From: Aliivibrio fischeri ES114
GTDB lineage: Bacteria; Pseudomonadota; Gammaproteobacteria; Enterobacterales; Vibrionaceae
Reading direction: 5' to 3' (one strand)
Assembly (NCBI RefSeq): GCF_000011805.1
Contig: NC_006841.2
DNA length: 32,000 nt
In this document: positions 10,581-18,347 of the stretch, piece after piece
How the letters are laid out: every line of letters begins with the position of its first letter
Numbering within the stretch: position 1 is the stretch's first letter
Translations under genes and position numbers: made by a program
Notes under the pieces: model-generated
What the model was told of the DNA's origin: nothing
The model's input: only the letters and a program-made list of their open reading frames with translations
The model's database searches: none

Positions 10581-10832
10581 ATGAACAATATGGAGATAAT
10601 GCAAATGGATACAACGTCACTCATCTATAACACTCTCACAAATTTAGCAACCGCAGAGCCGACTCAATGCGCTCAAATTCGACAAAAACTGTATGATGAA
10701 CTTAACTTATCATTTGATAAAAAGTTTGCATTATATTCAAGTGTGCTTGGTCCGGTGAGCGCAGGAAGAATTGACGATCTTAATGATGCAGTTAATAAAG
10801 CTCGTGCTATTTTAGAAGATAAAAATTATTGA
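10581..10832 (+). CDS. Small conserved hypothetical protein (DUF6858/3144-like length, family not assigned)
   Basis: 83 aa soluble ORF followed by the hairpin CTAGCCTTTTAATTAAGGCTAG. Confidence 0.6.
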   Translation: MNNMEIMQMDTTSLIYNTLTNLATAEPTQCAQIRQKLYDELNLSFDKKFALYSSVLGPVSAGRIDDLNDAVNKARAILEDKNY

Positions 10833-10903
10833 TGCTGTAATATGTCATTCTAGCCTTTTAATTAAGGCTAGAAATCTATTTGTAAATAATGAGGCTTGTC
10901 TTG

Positions 10904-11434
10904 TTAAAAAGTGCTCAGTATCTTTATAGAGCTAATTTTATTATCAAACCCTTTCGCATTCCCTTCCCCACTTTTACGAGTATAAAAACCACCAGTATAG
11001 TTTTTACCTTCATAAAAACGAACAGTCCAACCTGATGGGATATCATAAGAAGACATTCTATCGTCAAAGTTGTAATCACTTAAATCAGGTTCATTATGCT
11101 CAATACTTATCGATGACCCCATTTGATTACTGTGACTGTAAATCTCCACGCTCTTATTTGTGTTTGATTCTAAACCAAGTACGATTGTTGATTGGTTGCA
11201 TTTCGCTTCGCGAGACTTACAAAAAATACTATCTTCACCTTGAGATTTTTCACAGCGTCGTTGTACTTTATAACGTGCAATATCCTCTGTTATTCCTGCT
11301 TCTGCAAAAATGTCTTGGAACGGTTGAAGAGTACAGATGTATATCCGGCTCTCGTTATCAGAATCAAAATTAAATCCAGCATAAGAAGCTGAACTCAAAC
11401 CTAAAAGAGTGGTTAAAATGATTATTTTTTTCAT
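10904..11434 (-). CDS. Secreted beta/gamma-crystallin-like protein
   Basis: Signal peptide (MKKIIILTTLLGLSSASYA). C-terminal repeats VEIYSHSNQMGSSISI...MSSYDIPSGWTVRFYEGKNYTGGFYTRKSGE...NKISSIKI resemble Greek-key motifs. Confidence 0.55.
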   Translation of the reverse strand: MKKIIILTTLLGLSSASYAGFNFDSDNESRIYICTLQPFQDIFAEAGITEDIARYKVQRRCEKSQGEDSIFCKSREAKCNQSTIVLGLESNTNKSVEIYSHSNQMGSSISIEHNEPDLSDYNFDDRMSSYDIPSGWTVRFYEGKNYTGGFYTRKSGEGNAKGFDNKISSIKILSTF

Positions 11435-11629
11435 GATTACTATCTACCACAGCAACTACATTGCCATCATAAAGCACCCAAAAAGCCACCAAAAAACTGA
11501 TGGGAAGATTATCGTAACGCAAGATATATTAGAACAATATGACTGAATTTCAAACGGTTATATTATTAATTATTCGATAACCTAGAGATACATCAACATT
11601 ACTTCTCTGTGAATTAAATACTCTTTTTG

Positions 11630-12214
11630 TTAAATTGGTCTTGTCATAATTAATGGGTTTGGATTTAGTGTTTCGCAGTCTTTGTATAAATCAGCAGATA
11701 ATTGGCGAAAAGCGGCTTGTTTAATATATGAGGTTTTAAAGGCAATCATTGCTTCTTCTATTTTGTTAGAATATATAGGGGTAATAGACACATTATTCCA
11801 CTGATAATTAACATCGGTAACGTACACATTTAACGCGTCATAAGGTAATTGAAATACTAATGTTTGATTGCAAGGAGTAAAGGTTCCCAAAGGCGTCCCA
11901 CTTGCATCTTGTGCTTTAGTGGACGTAATAGCGATAAAACTCCCCGCTTTAGCTGACCCTACAATATACCGTCTATCTTTTGTATATTGATAAGACAAAG
12001 AAGAAAACCAATCTTCTTTAAAAACCGCATTTTCAAAGTCAATTTTACCTAATGACAATTTAATATCATAAATACTCGTAATGTTACCTATAACAAAGTT
12101 CACATTATGTAATTCTGTTTCTTTTTCAGTTACCACTTCGGTTTTCGTCGTTGAACATCCACTTAGGGCCAAGATCAGGGCTAAATTAAACATCCTTGCT
12201 AACATGTAAGCCAC
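11630..12214 (-). CDS. Putative lipoprotein, unknown function
   Basis: Lipobox-like LILALSGCSTT. Confidence 0.55.
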   Translation of the reverse strand: MAYMLARMFNLALILALSGCSTTKTEVVTEKETELHNVNFVIGNITSIYDIKLSLGKIDFENAVFKEDWFSSLSYQYTKDRRYIVGSAKAGSFIAITSTKAQDASGTPLGTFTPCNQTLVFQLPYDALNVYVTDVNYQWNNVSITPIYSNKIEEAMIAFKTSYIKQAAFRQLSADLYKDCETLNPNPLIMTRPI

Positions 12215-12349
12215 CTTATGCGTATAAAAGCTTATTGATTTAAATTAATTAAATCTTATAACATTGCTAAATACCCAACAGGTATAAAAATGTGAACTGA
12301 TTCGAATATATTCAATAACACGGTAACCCCGAACAGCTCTCTTAACTAT

Positions 12350-12382
12350 AAAAAAAGGGACTCAATGACTCGAATGAGTCCC
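12350..12382 (-). terminator. Rho-independent terminator of sRNA candidate copy 3
   Basis: Minus strand GGGACTCATTCGAGTCATTGAGTCCCTTTTTTTATAG. Confidence 0.85.
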
Positions 12383-12461
12383 AAATCTGTAATATCCATT
12401 TACAGTAATACTTATAAATAAGGAGTAAATACACCTTATCACTATGTCATTTATTAACCAA

Positions 12462-12477
12462 CTGTTAAATAAAACAG
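12462..12477. promoter_or_regulatory. LexA-box-like motif
   Basis: Plus strand CTGTTAAATAAAACAG matches CTGT-N8-ACAG. Confidence 0.5.
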
Positions 12478-12518
12478 GTTTTCCTCCTTAATTTACTTAT
12501 TTCAGGTTGTTTAGGGAA

Positions 12519-12620
12519 TTATGAAATTTGTTCTGAAATAACAAATAGTATTTCAAGCAAGCTAGATACAATCAAATCAAAAAATACATAGAAAAGTTCA
12601 TCATTGATATAAGTAGTCAT
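12519..12620 (-). CDS. Small hydrophobic peptide, 33 aa, candidate SOS-regulated type I toxin-like peptide
   Basis: MTTYINDELFYVFFDLIVSSLLEILFVISEQIS; Shine-Dalgarno-like GCGAGG seven bases upstream of ATG; LexA-box-like palindrome 69 bp upstream. Confidence 0.4.
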   Translation of the reverse strand: MTTYINDELFYVFFDLIVSSLLEILFVISEQIS

Positions 12621-12688
12621 TTAATTACCTCGCCTTTAGTTATCATGTTGGAGATTATTAGAAAATCACGGAAATACAACTTCAGTAA

Positions 12689-12704
12689 CTGTAAAATATT
12701 ACAG
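12689..12704. promoter_or_regulatory. LexA-box-like palindrome upstream of the 33-aa ORF
   Basis: AACTGTAAAATATTACAGTT: CTGT-N8-ACAG inside a near-perfect 20-bp palindrome. Confidence 0.6.
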
Positions 12705-12883
12705 TTTTAATATTTGTATTAGCACCTAATTTCAGGGAGTAACATACTGATATTAAAGATTATTATAACTCATACTTGATGCTTTTATACTGTTATTATT
12801 TAATAAGTTTCTTGTTACTTATTTGCATTTAAAGAAAGGAGTAAATCTATTATTGGAAACTATAAATATTTGCATTAATCATT

Positions 12884-12915
12884 GACATTACACTAAGGGG
12901 AGAGTTTAAAGTTAA
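12884..12915 (+). promoter_or_regulatory. Sigma70-like promoter
   Basis: TTGACA - 17 nt - TTTAAA upstream of the 35-aa ORF; exact coordinates approximate. Confidence 0.45.
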
Positions 12916-12948
12916 CTCAAATGTACAAATTGATTAATGAGGTAACTT

Positions 12949-13056
12949 ATGGGATGTTGTAATAAAACACCAAATGGAGGAGCCCCTCTAGGGTTATTAT
13001 TAAAAGTAATTTTTTGGATTGGACTTTTTATATTTTTGATCGCTTTATGGCAGTAA
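12949..13056 (+). CDS. Small Cys-containing single-TM protein, 35 aa
   Basis: MGCCNKTPNGGAPLGLLLKVIFWIGLFIFLIALWQ; GAGG Shine-Dalgarno and TTGACA/TTTAAA promoter-like pair upstream. Confidence 0.6.
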   Translation: MGCCNKTPNGGAPLGLLLKVIFWIGLFIFLIALWQ

Positions 13057-13195
13057 GCTTAATGAGTTCAATCGTAATGATTGTTCACATATACTAAAAA
13101 CTAAAACGCAAAAACAACTTATAGAATCAAGTAATTTATCTATGAAAATAGTGACATATGAAATTGAAAAAATTCATATTTACGACGATTCGGTC

Positions 13196-13280
13196 ATAGT
13201 CAAAATTGACGTATTAAAACGATAAACACCCGGCAAAATGAGATTGTCGAGTGTAGCAAATCGTGTTGATGCATTTGTTA
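13196..13280 (-). repeat. Truncated terminal attC relic (distal end of the integron array)
   Basis: Matches the attC consensus only from TCAAAATTGACG...AAACACCCGGCAAAATGAGATTGTCGAGTGTAGCAAATCGTGTTGATGCATTTGTTA. The TAACGCCTGCATAACACG arm is absent. Confidence 0.85.
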
Positions 13281-13994
13281 TATTGCAACACCTGAAATCG
13301 CTAATTGTACAGCTTGAGCCGCATGAATTTCAGTTATGTCGTATAATGGAACTTCTGTATATGCTTGCTGAATAAGTAGAGCAATTTCAGTACTACCTAA
13401 AATTACAGCTTCAGCACCCTGCTCATGCAAACTTTTAACGATACTTAAATACTTTTCTCTTGAATCTGAGTTTATTACACCTCTACACAATTCGTCGTAA
13501 ATGATGTTATGAACAGTCGTACGATCATTCTCTTCTGGCACAACAACTTCAATACCAAATTTTTCGGCCAAACGACTTTTATAGAAATCCTGCTCCATAG
13601 TAAAACGGGTACCAAGCAAGCCAACTTTTTTAATGCCATTGATAACCAATTTATTAGCTGTTGCATCGGCAATATGAAGAATTGGAATTGATATATTACT
13701 TTCAATTTCAGGTGCAACTTTATGCATAGTGTTAGTACAAATAATTAGGAAATCAGCGCCACCAGCTTCAACCGATTTCGCAGCTTCAACAAGAATTAAT
13801 GCAGTTTCATCCCATTCCCCCTGATGTTGTAATTTTTCAATTTCATCAAAGTTCACGCTGTATAGGCAGATTTTCGCAGAATTAAGGCCACCAAGTTCAT
13901 CTTTTATGCCTTCATTAATAGCTTTGTAATAACTTGCAGTGGATTCCCAACTCATGCCACCTAACATTCCAATTGTTTTCATCTTGTACTTCAT
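13278..13994 (-). CDS. Aspartate/glutamate racemase family protein (cassette gene)
   Basis: IGMLGGMSWESTASYYKAINEG...FLIICTNTMHKVA...GAEAVILGSTEIALLI; both catalytic-Cys-type motifs are visible, although the second reads GST. Confidence 0.85.
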   Translation of the reverse strand: MKYKMKTIGMLGGMSWESTASYYKAINEGIKDELGGLNSAKICLYSVNFDEIEKLQHQGEWDETALILVEAAKSVEAGGADFLIICTNTMHKVAPEIESNISIPILHIADATANKLVINGIKKVGLLGTRFTMEQDFYKSRLAEKFGIEVVVPEENDRTTVHNIIYDELCRGVINSDSREKYLSIVKSLHEQGAEAVILGSTEIALLIQQAYTEVPLYDITEIHAAQAVQLAISGVAI

Positions 13995-14009
13995 TCCTTA
14001 AAAGTAATA

Positions 14010-14109
14010 TAACGCGTATATAATACGTTTTCTGCCATGCAAACTTACCACTAAATACGGTAAACACAAAGGAATTAGAATGCAGCAAAACCTGTTAATT
14101 CATTTGTTA
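14010..14109 (-). repeat. Divergent attC site
   Basis: TAACGCGTATATAATACG...AGAATGCAGCAAAACCTGTTAATTCATTTGTTA. Confidence 0.7.
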
Positions 14110-14116
14110 TGTGACT

Positions 14117-14566
14117 TCATTCCATTAGTAATTTAGGCCAATTTACATCAGCTTTAACAACATTACCTTTGATGTCTTTTCTCCAAGTCTTTTGGACTGA
14201 TTTACTATAATTAAGGTACAGCTTACCTTCAAAAATATCCCAAGCATTAGGGTCTATTTTTGCTGTATAACCTTCACTCACGGCCCACGCGCAGTAACCA
14301 CCATATTGAGGTGCATATATTGTAGGATTAGATACAAATAGTTTAAGATTGTTTTGTGAACAAAAGTACCATTTTGAACCATTCCATTTGTAAGTAATAT
14401 TTTTGTTACCTTTTATAGCTTGGCTTTCTGTAAAGTATGCGACGGGATCATACCCTTTGATAGCTTTACCGAAAAAGTCACTGTTTACAGGCTCAACTGA
14501 AAAAGCAGGTGTGAGTAAACCTAACCATAAAAAGAATGTAAATATTAATTTTGTATAATGACTCAT
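14117..14566 (-). CDS. YHS-domain secreted protein
   Basis: Signal peptide; GKAIKGYDPVAYFTESQAIKGNKNITYKWNGSKWYFCSQNNLKLFVSNPTIYAPQYGGYCAWAVSEG. Confidence 0.85.
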   Translation of the reverse strand: MSHYTKLIFTFFLWLGLLTPAFSVEPVNSDFFGKAIKGYDPVAYFTESQAIKGNKNITYKWNGSKWYFCSQNNLKLFVSNPTIYAPQYGGYCAWAVSEGYTAKIDPNAWDIFEGKLYLNYSKSVQKTWRKDIKGNVVKADVNWPKLLME

Positions 14567-14627
14567 ATTAACTCCCTGATTTAACGAATCGATAAACTAA
14601 ATAAAAATTTTAGGAATTACATAACGG

Positions 14628-15062
14628 CTAACAACATTTGACCATTTTAATGTGAGGAACACCTGTTACTTTAGCTATATAAGAATTCCCTATCGTTTCA
14701 AAGCCAATTTTTTCATACATTACTACTGCATTTAATCTAGCATGTAAAAACACTTCTTCAGCTCCTTTTTCCAAAGCTAAATTTACTAACTCTGATAAAA
14801 TTCTAGTCCCTAAACCCTTACCTTGCATTTTGGGTTGTACAACCATCTGGGATATTTTAAAAATACCTTTTGCAATTTCACTTAACCGACCATACGCATA
14901 TAACTCGCTCTTCTCAACGATAGCTACATGAGTACTATTTTCTTCCAAATCATCAACTAGAATTTCTTTTGGTAATCCTGGTTCGCGAAAAAATAAATCG
15001 TATCGTAAATTTAAGGCTTGTTGATATATATCATCCGTACTTTGTAAGTTGATAATTTCCAT
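14628..15062 (-). CDS. GNAT family N-acetyltransferase
   Basis: ISQMVVQPKMQGKGLGTRILSELVNLALEKGAEEVFLHARLNAVVMYEKIGF. Confidence 0.9.
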   Translation of the reverse strand: MEIINLQSTDDIYQQALNLRYDLFFREPGLPKEILVDDLEENSTHVAIVEKSELYAYGRLSEIAKGIFKISQMVVQPKMQGKGLGTRILSELVNLALEKGAEEVFLHARLNAVVMYEKIGFETIGNSYIAKVTGVPHIKMVKCC

Positions 15063-15078
15063 TTTTCCTCCTTTTCCA

Positions 15079-15161
15079 TAACACCGGTCAACTTATAATG
15101 ATAATCATACTCGAAATTAAAAGCGCCGAATGTTGTAAGTAGCGTGTTGATGGCTTTGTTA
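15079..15161 (-). repeat. attC site, short divergent type
   Basis: TAACACCGGTCAAC...GCGCCGAATG...GTGTTGATGGCTTTGTTA. Confidence 0.65.
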
Positions 15162-15861
15162 TACGCACTGCTTAACTGAACTGCTAGCTAATTGTTTAGT
15201 CTCTGATAAGTTTTGATACCAGTTATTAAAAACCAATTGAAATTCAGTAAAAGTCATAGTACCAAAATCATAAAATTTGTATCGATTTAATACATCTATC
15301 ACTTTATCTCTATTAATTAATTAATTGAGACGTAAATCTGACTGCTGTTACATGAGCTGTACTAAGTCTATATCTGCTATCAATCGTGGTGTGTAATGAA
15401 GATTCTTGATATCTATTTCTCAATTTATTTCGTAACTCATTTAAACCTTCTCCAATAGGAAATCCTTGAATTAAAATGCAAGATGTTGATATTGTTACTC
15501 CTTCAAATTTAATACTTATCGACTCTGTGTCTTGCATGCATTGTTTGAAAATTTGAACATATGAAAAGGTATCGATATCAGCCAGTTGGAATCCAGGTAT
15601 GCAGCTAATAATAGAGAGAATAGTTAAATGTAATTCTTCTTCAGGATAGTAATATTGCTTAGGTTCGACTTTCTTTAATTCACATAAGAATTCAGTTATT
15701 TTTCGGCTAACTTTACTCTCATTATTTTGTAGATAAGTTAAAGCCGTGACACCTCTTCGAGTATCGTTAGGGTCACTAATTAACTTATCAATATCGCACT
15801 GTCCACTTTTTATTTTTGAATACGAAGAATCCCACATTTCATCATAAATTGTCTTTAGCAC
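15159..15861 (-). pseudogene. 2H-phosphoesterase-like cassette gene with a C-terminal frameshift at an AATT tandem repeat
   Basis: ORF 15313..15861 has two HxT motifs (HLTILS, HVTAVRF). Removing one AATT unit at about 15313..15325 extends the frame by about 50 aa to a stop overlapping the attC. Confidence 0.7.
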
Positions 15862-15879
15862 AGAATCGACCTCACTAAA

Positions 15880-15991
15880 TTAACATATAAGTTTTATAAC
15901 AACTTTACTACTATGCAGGTTAGACTCAAATTGGTAAACCCAAAGAAACCTAGAATGCCGAGTGTAGCAAATCGTGTTGATGCATTTGTTA
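15880..15991 (-). repeat. attC site
   Basis: ATAACAACTTTACTACTATGCAGGTTAGACTC...CTAGAATGCCGAGTGTAGCAAATCGTGTTGATGCATTTGTTA. Confidence 0.85.
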
Positions 15992-16128
15992 TACGAATAG
16001 AATGAACGTGAGATTATATCTTATAAATCAGGATGTCACATAAGAAGGATTACATGTCCTTTTGCCGATATATATACATAAATGGACATGTTAGCATCAT
16101 TTCTTTTATGACAAAAATTGAGTTACTA

Positions 16129-16920
16129 ATGAAAAAAATAACCATCTCAGATTTAAACAACTGGAAAGAAGTAGGTGAAAAATTTGCATCAATAACCGCT
16201 TATGATGCCAGCTTTGCTAAAATATTTGAAGAGCAAAGTATGCCTGTCATAATTGTCGGAGATTCACTTGGTTCTGTCATACAAGGTAAGCCAACAACTT
16301 TAGATGTAAGTATTGAAGAATTGGTTTATCACACAAAATGCGTTAGAGCAGGAAGTCCAAATGCTTTCATTATTTCAGACCTGCCTTTCATGAGTTATCA
16401 CACCCCTGAAGCAGCATGTGGTTCAGCAGCTAAATTAATGAAAGCAGGTGCAAATATGGTAAAGATTGAAGGCGGTAGTTGGTTAATTAATACAGTTAAG
16501 ATGTTAACTGAACGCGCAGTACCAGTTTGTGCTCATTTAGGTTTAATGCCACAAGCCGTAAATATATATGGTGGATATAAACTTCAAGGTAAAACAGAAG
16601 AACAAGCCACAAAAATGCTAGAAAATGCAAAAGAACTTCAGCGTGCAGGTGCTCAAGCACTGATACTTGAATGTATCCCTGCGAAATTGGCACGACAAAT
16701 CACATTAGAATTACACATTCCAGTAATAGGAATTGGTGCAGGTAATGATACCGATGGTCAAGTTTTAGTTATGCATGATATTTTAGGTATATCTGCTAAT
16801 TATATTCCAAGATTCTCTAGAAATTTCCTCGCTGAAACCGGGTCGATCGAAGCCGCTGTAAAAAAATATATAGATGAAGTCAAACAACAAACCTTCCCTG
16901 GTGAAAAACATTGTTTTTAA
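16129..16920 (+). CDS. panB: 3-methyl-2-oxobutanoate hydroxymethyltransferase (cassette gene in opposite orientation)
   Basis: [54 protein letters not shown]...[24 protein letters not shown] at 16129 is the likely start within the listed ORF 16033..16920. Confidence 0.95.
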   Translation: MKKITISDLNNWKEVGEKFASITAYDASFAKIFEEQSMPVIIVGDSLGSVIQGKPTTLDVSIEELVYHTKCVRAGSPNAFIISDLPFMSYHTPEAACGSAAKLMKAGANMVKIEGGSWLINTVKMLTERAVPVCAHLGLMPQAVNIYGGYKLQGKTEEQATKMLENAKELQRAGAQALILECIPAKLARQITLELHIPVIGIGAGNDTDGQVLVMHDILGISANYIPRFSRNFLAETGSIEAAVKKYIDEVKQQTFPGEKHCF

Positions 16921-16930
16921 TGTAAGTAAT

Positions 16931-16959
16931 TTAAGCCGATTAACCACATCGGCTTTATA
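16931..16959 (+). terminator. Terminator-like hairpin after panB
   Basis: AAGCCGATTAACCACATCGGCTTTATAA. Confidence 0.6.
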
Positions 16960-16991
16960 ACTTATATTTCAAGATAGTTAATAAATTCGCC

Positions 16992-17110
16992 TAACGCCTG
17001 CATAACACGTTTACTACTATGCGATTATACTCAAAATTGACGCCTTAAAACGAGAAACACCCGACAACCTGAGATGCCGAGTGTAGTAAATCGTGTTGAT
17101 GCATTTGTTA
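16992..17110 (-). repeat. attC site (main type)
   Basis: TAACGCCTGCATAACACGTTTACTAC...GATGCCGAGTGTAGTAAATCGTGTTGATGCATTTGTTA. Confidence 0.97.
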
Positions 17111-17119
17111 TGCCCGTAC

Positions 17120-17374
17120 TCAAACTTTATTAATTATCACTTTTAGGTATACGTCGTTTACCGATGTAAAAACAAACGGCCTACCATTTGCTATCACTAC
17201 GTTTTTATTCATATCACAGATTGAAATTACATGTTTAGCTGGAATTATAATTAATTCTCCCTTCTTACAGTTTTGATAAGAAGTACAATATTCCTCAGAT
17301 TTAGTATCAAATACACTCGCTTGTACCATTATTGAGAACATAAAAGTCAGAATTACAATCAGAAATTTTTTCAT
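17120..17374 (-). CDS. Small secreted protein, unknown
   Basis: 84 aa with a signal peptide (MKKFLIVILTFMFSIMVQA). Confidence 0.55.
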   Translation of the reverse strand: MKKFLIVILTFMFSIMVQASVFDTKSEEYCTSYQNCKKGELIIIPAKHVISICDMNKNVVIANGRPFVFTSVNDVYLKVIINKV

Positions 17375-17405
17375 AATTTGAACCTAAAAATATTAAAATA
17401 AAGCG

Positions 17406-17768
17406 TTATGTTAGATATTTATATGTGGCTTTTTGGGAATATTCAGCAATACCGAGTATTTCAAATACACCACCAATAGTTGTAAAGTTACACCCTCCTT
17501 CTTTCGCACATGCTTTAAGGTTTTCATTAAACCAAGTTCGAGTAAAGAAACCTGTATTTACTAACCTTTGATGAGCTTTTTCAAATTCATTAATTGTCAC
17601 CCCTTTTTCATAATATTGAGCTTTAGTTGAATGAGATGGGATTCTATAAATTAAAGCCTCTTCATTACGACGCATCCCCATTCCCTTTATTTTAAATTCC
17701 GCTTTAGCTTTGGGTTTCGGAATAACTAGCCCAGATTCCTTAGCTAATTTTTTAATCATTAATTCCAT
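17406..17768 (-). CDS. Hypothetical cassette protein
   Basis: 120 aa ORF directly following an attC on its promoter-proximal side. Confidence 0.55.
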   Translation of the reverse strand: MELMIKKLAKESGLVIPKPKAKAEFKIKGMGMRRNEEALIYRIPSHSTKAQYYEKGVTINEFEKAHQRLVNTGFFTRTWFNENLKACAKEGGCNFTTIGGVFEILGIAEYSQKATYKYLT

Positions 17769-17784
17769 TTATCCTCCGAGGGCA

Positions 17785-17885
17785 TAACGCCGCAATAACA
17801 CGTGCGAACGACCGACTTTCAAAACCAATTACACTCCAAACCACAAACGCCGAGTGTAATTAGCATCGTGTTGATTGCTTTGTTA
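17785..17885 (-). repeat. attC site (short subtype)
   Basis: TAACGCCGCAATAACACGTGCGAACGACC...ACGCCGAGTGTAATTAGCATCGTGTTGATTGCTTTGTTA. Confidence 0.95.
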
Positions 17886-18347
17886 CACGATCTTTGTCAA
17901 CGCTTCGCTTTAATTGGTAAAGAACTGATTTACCGATAATATTTAAAAACCAATTCTAAATTACAAAAGCTAATTTAGCGAACAAAAGAACCGTTCAACT
18001 ACAAAAACTGCGAAACGAAGCAATCCTTTTTCTAGCACCATTTTAACGATTTAGTTTCAGCAAGTTTGGGGCTGATAAACCAAATATCCTAACCACAATT
18101 GGGATTGAAAATGCTACGAGCAAAGCACGAATGCAGGATAAAATGAGGCAACACCAAAGAACAATTGAAGCGTGAATTGGTTTCTGAAATCCATGAACTT
18201 TTGGCAATAATGGTTAATTGCCGAACCTGATGAAACGGACATTAAAAGGCAACAAAGAAAAAGGAAATCCACCCTACTTTCACGTCTAAAAAACTAACGG
18301 CTCAATCACTGGACTGAGCCAAAAAACTGCAATCTTTAGTTCGTGTA
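17886..18347. other. ORF-less integron cassette body, copy A
   Basis: No convincing ORF; about 90% identical to 23855..24314 and related to 23275..23733. Confidence 0.8.

Larger units (their letters stand above)
12350..12480 (-). ncRNA. Candidate small structured RNA (copy 3 of the family described in findings)
   Basis: Same layout and homologous blocks as the copies at 29352..29480 and 29533..29665: CCTGT...ACAGTTGGTT, conserved ACTCCTTAT, GTATTACTGTAAATGGATATTACA, then GGGACTC...GAGTCCC-T7. Confidence 0.55.

Noticed and set aside
12600-13100. Possible attI/integrase promoter region next to the array boundary.
   Set aside because: No integrase ORF on either strand, and attC polarity places attI at the opposite end of the array, outside the window.
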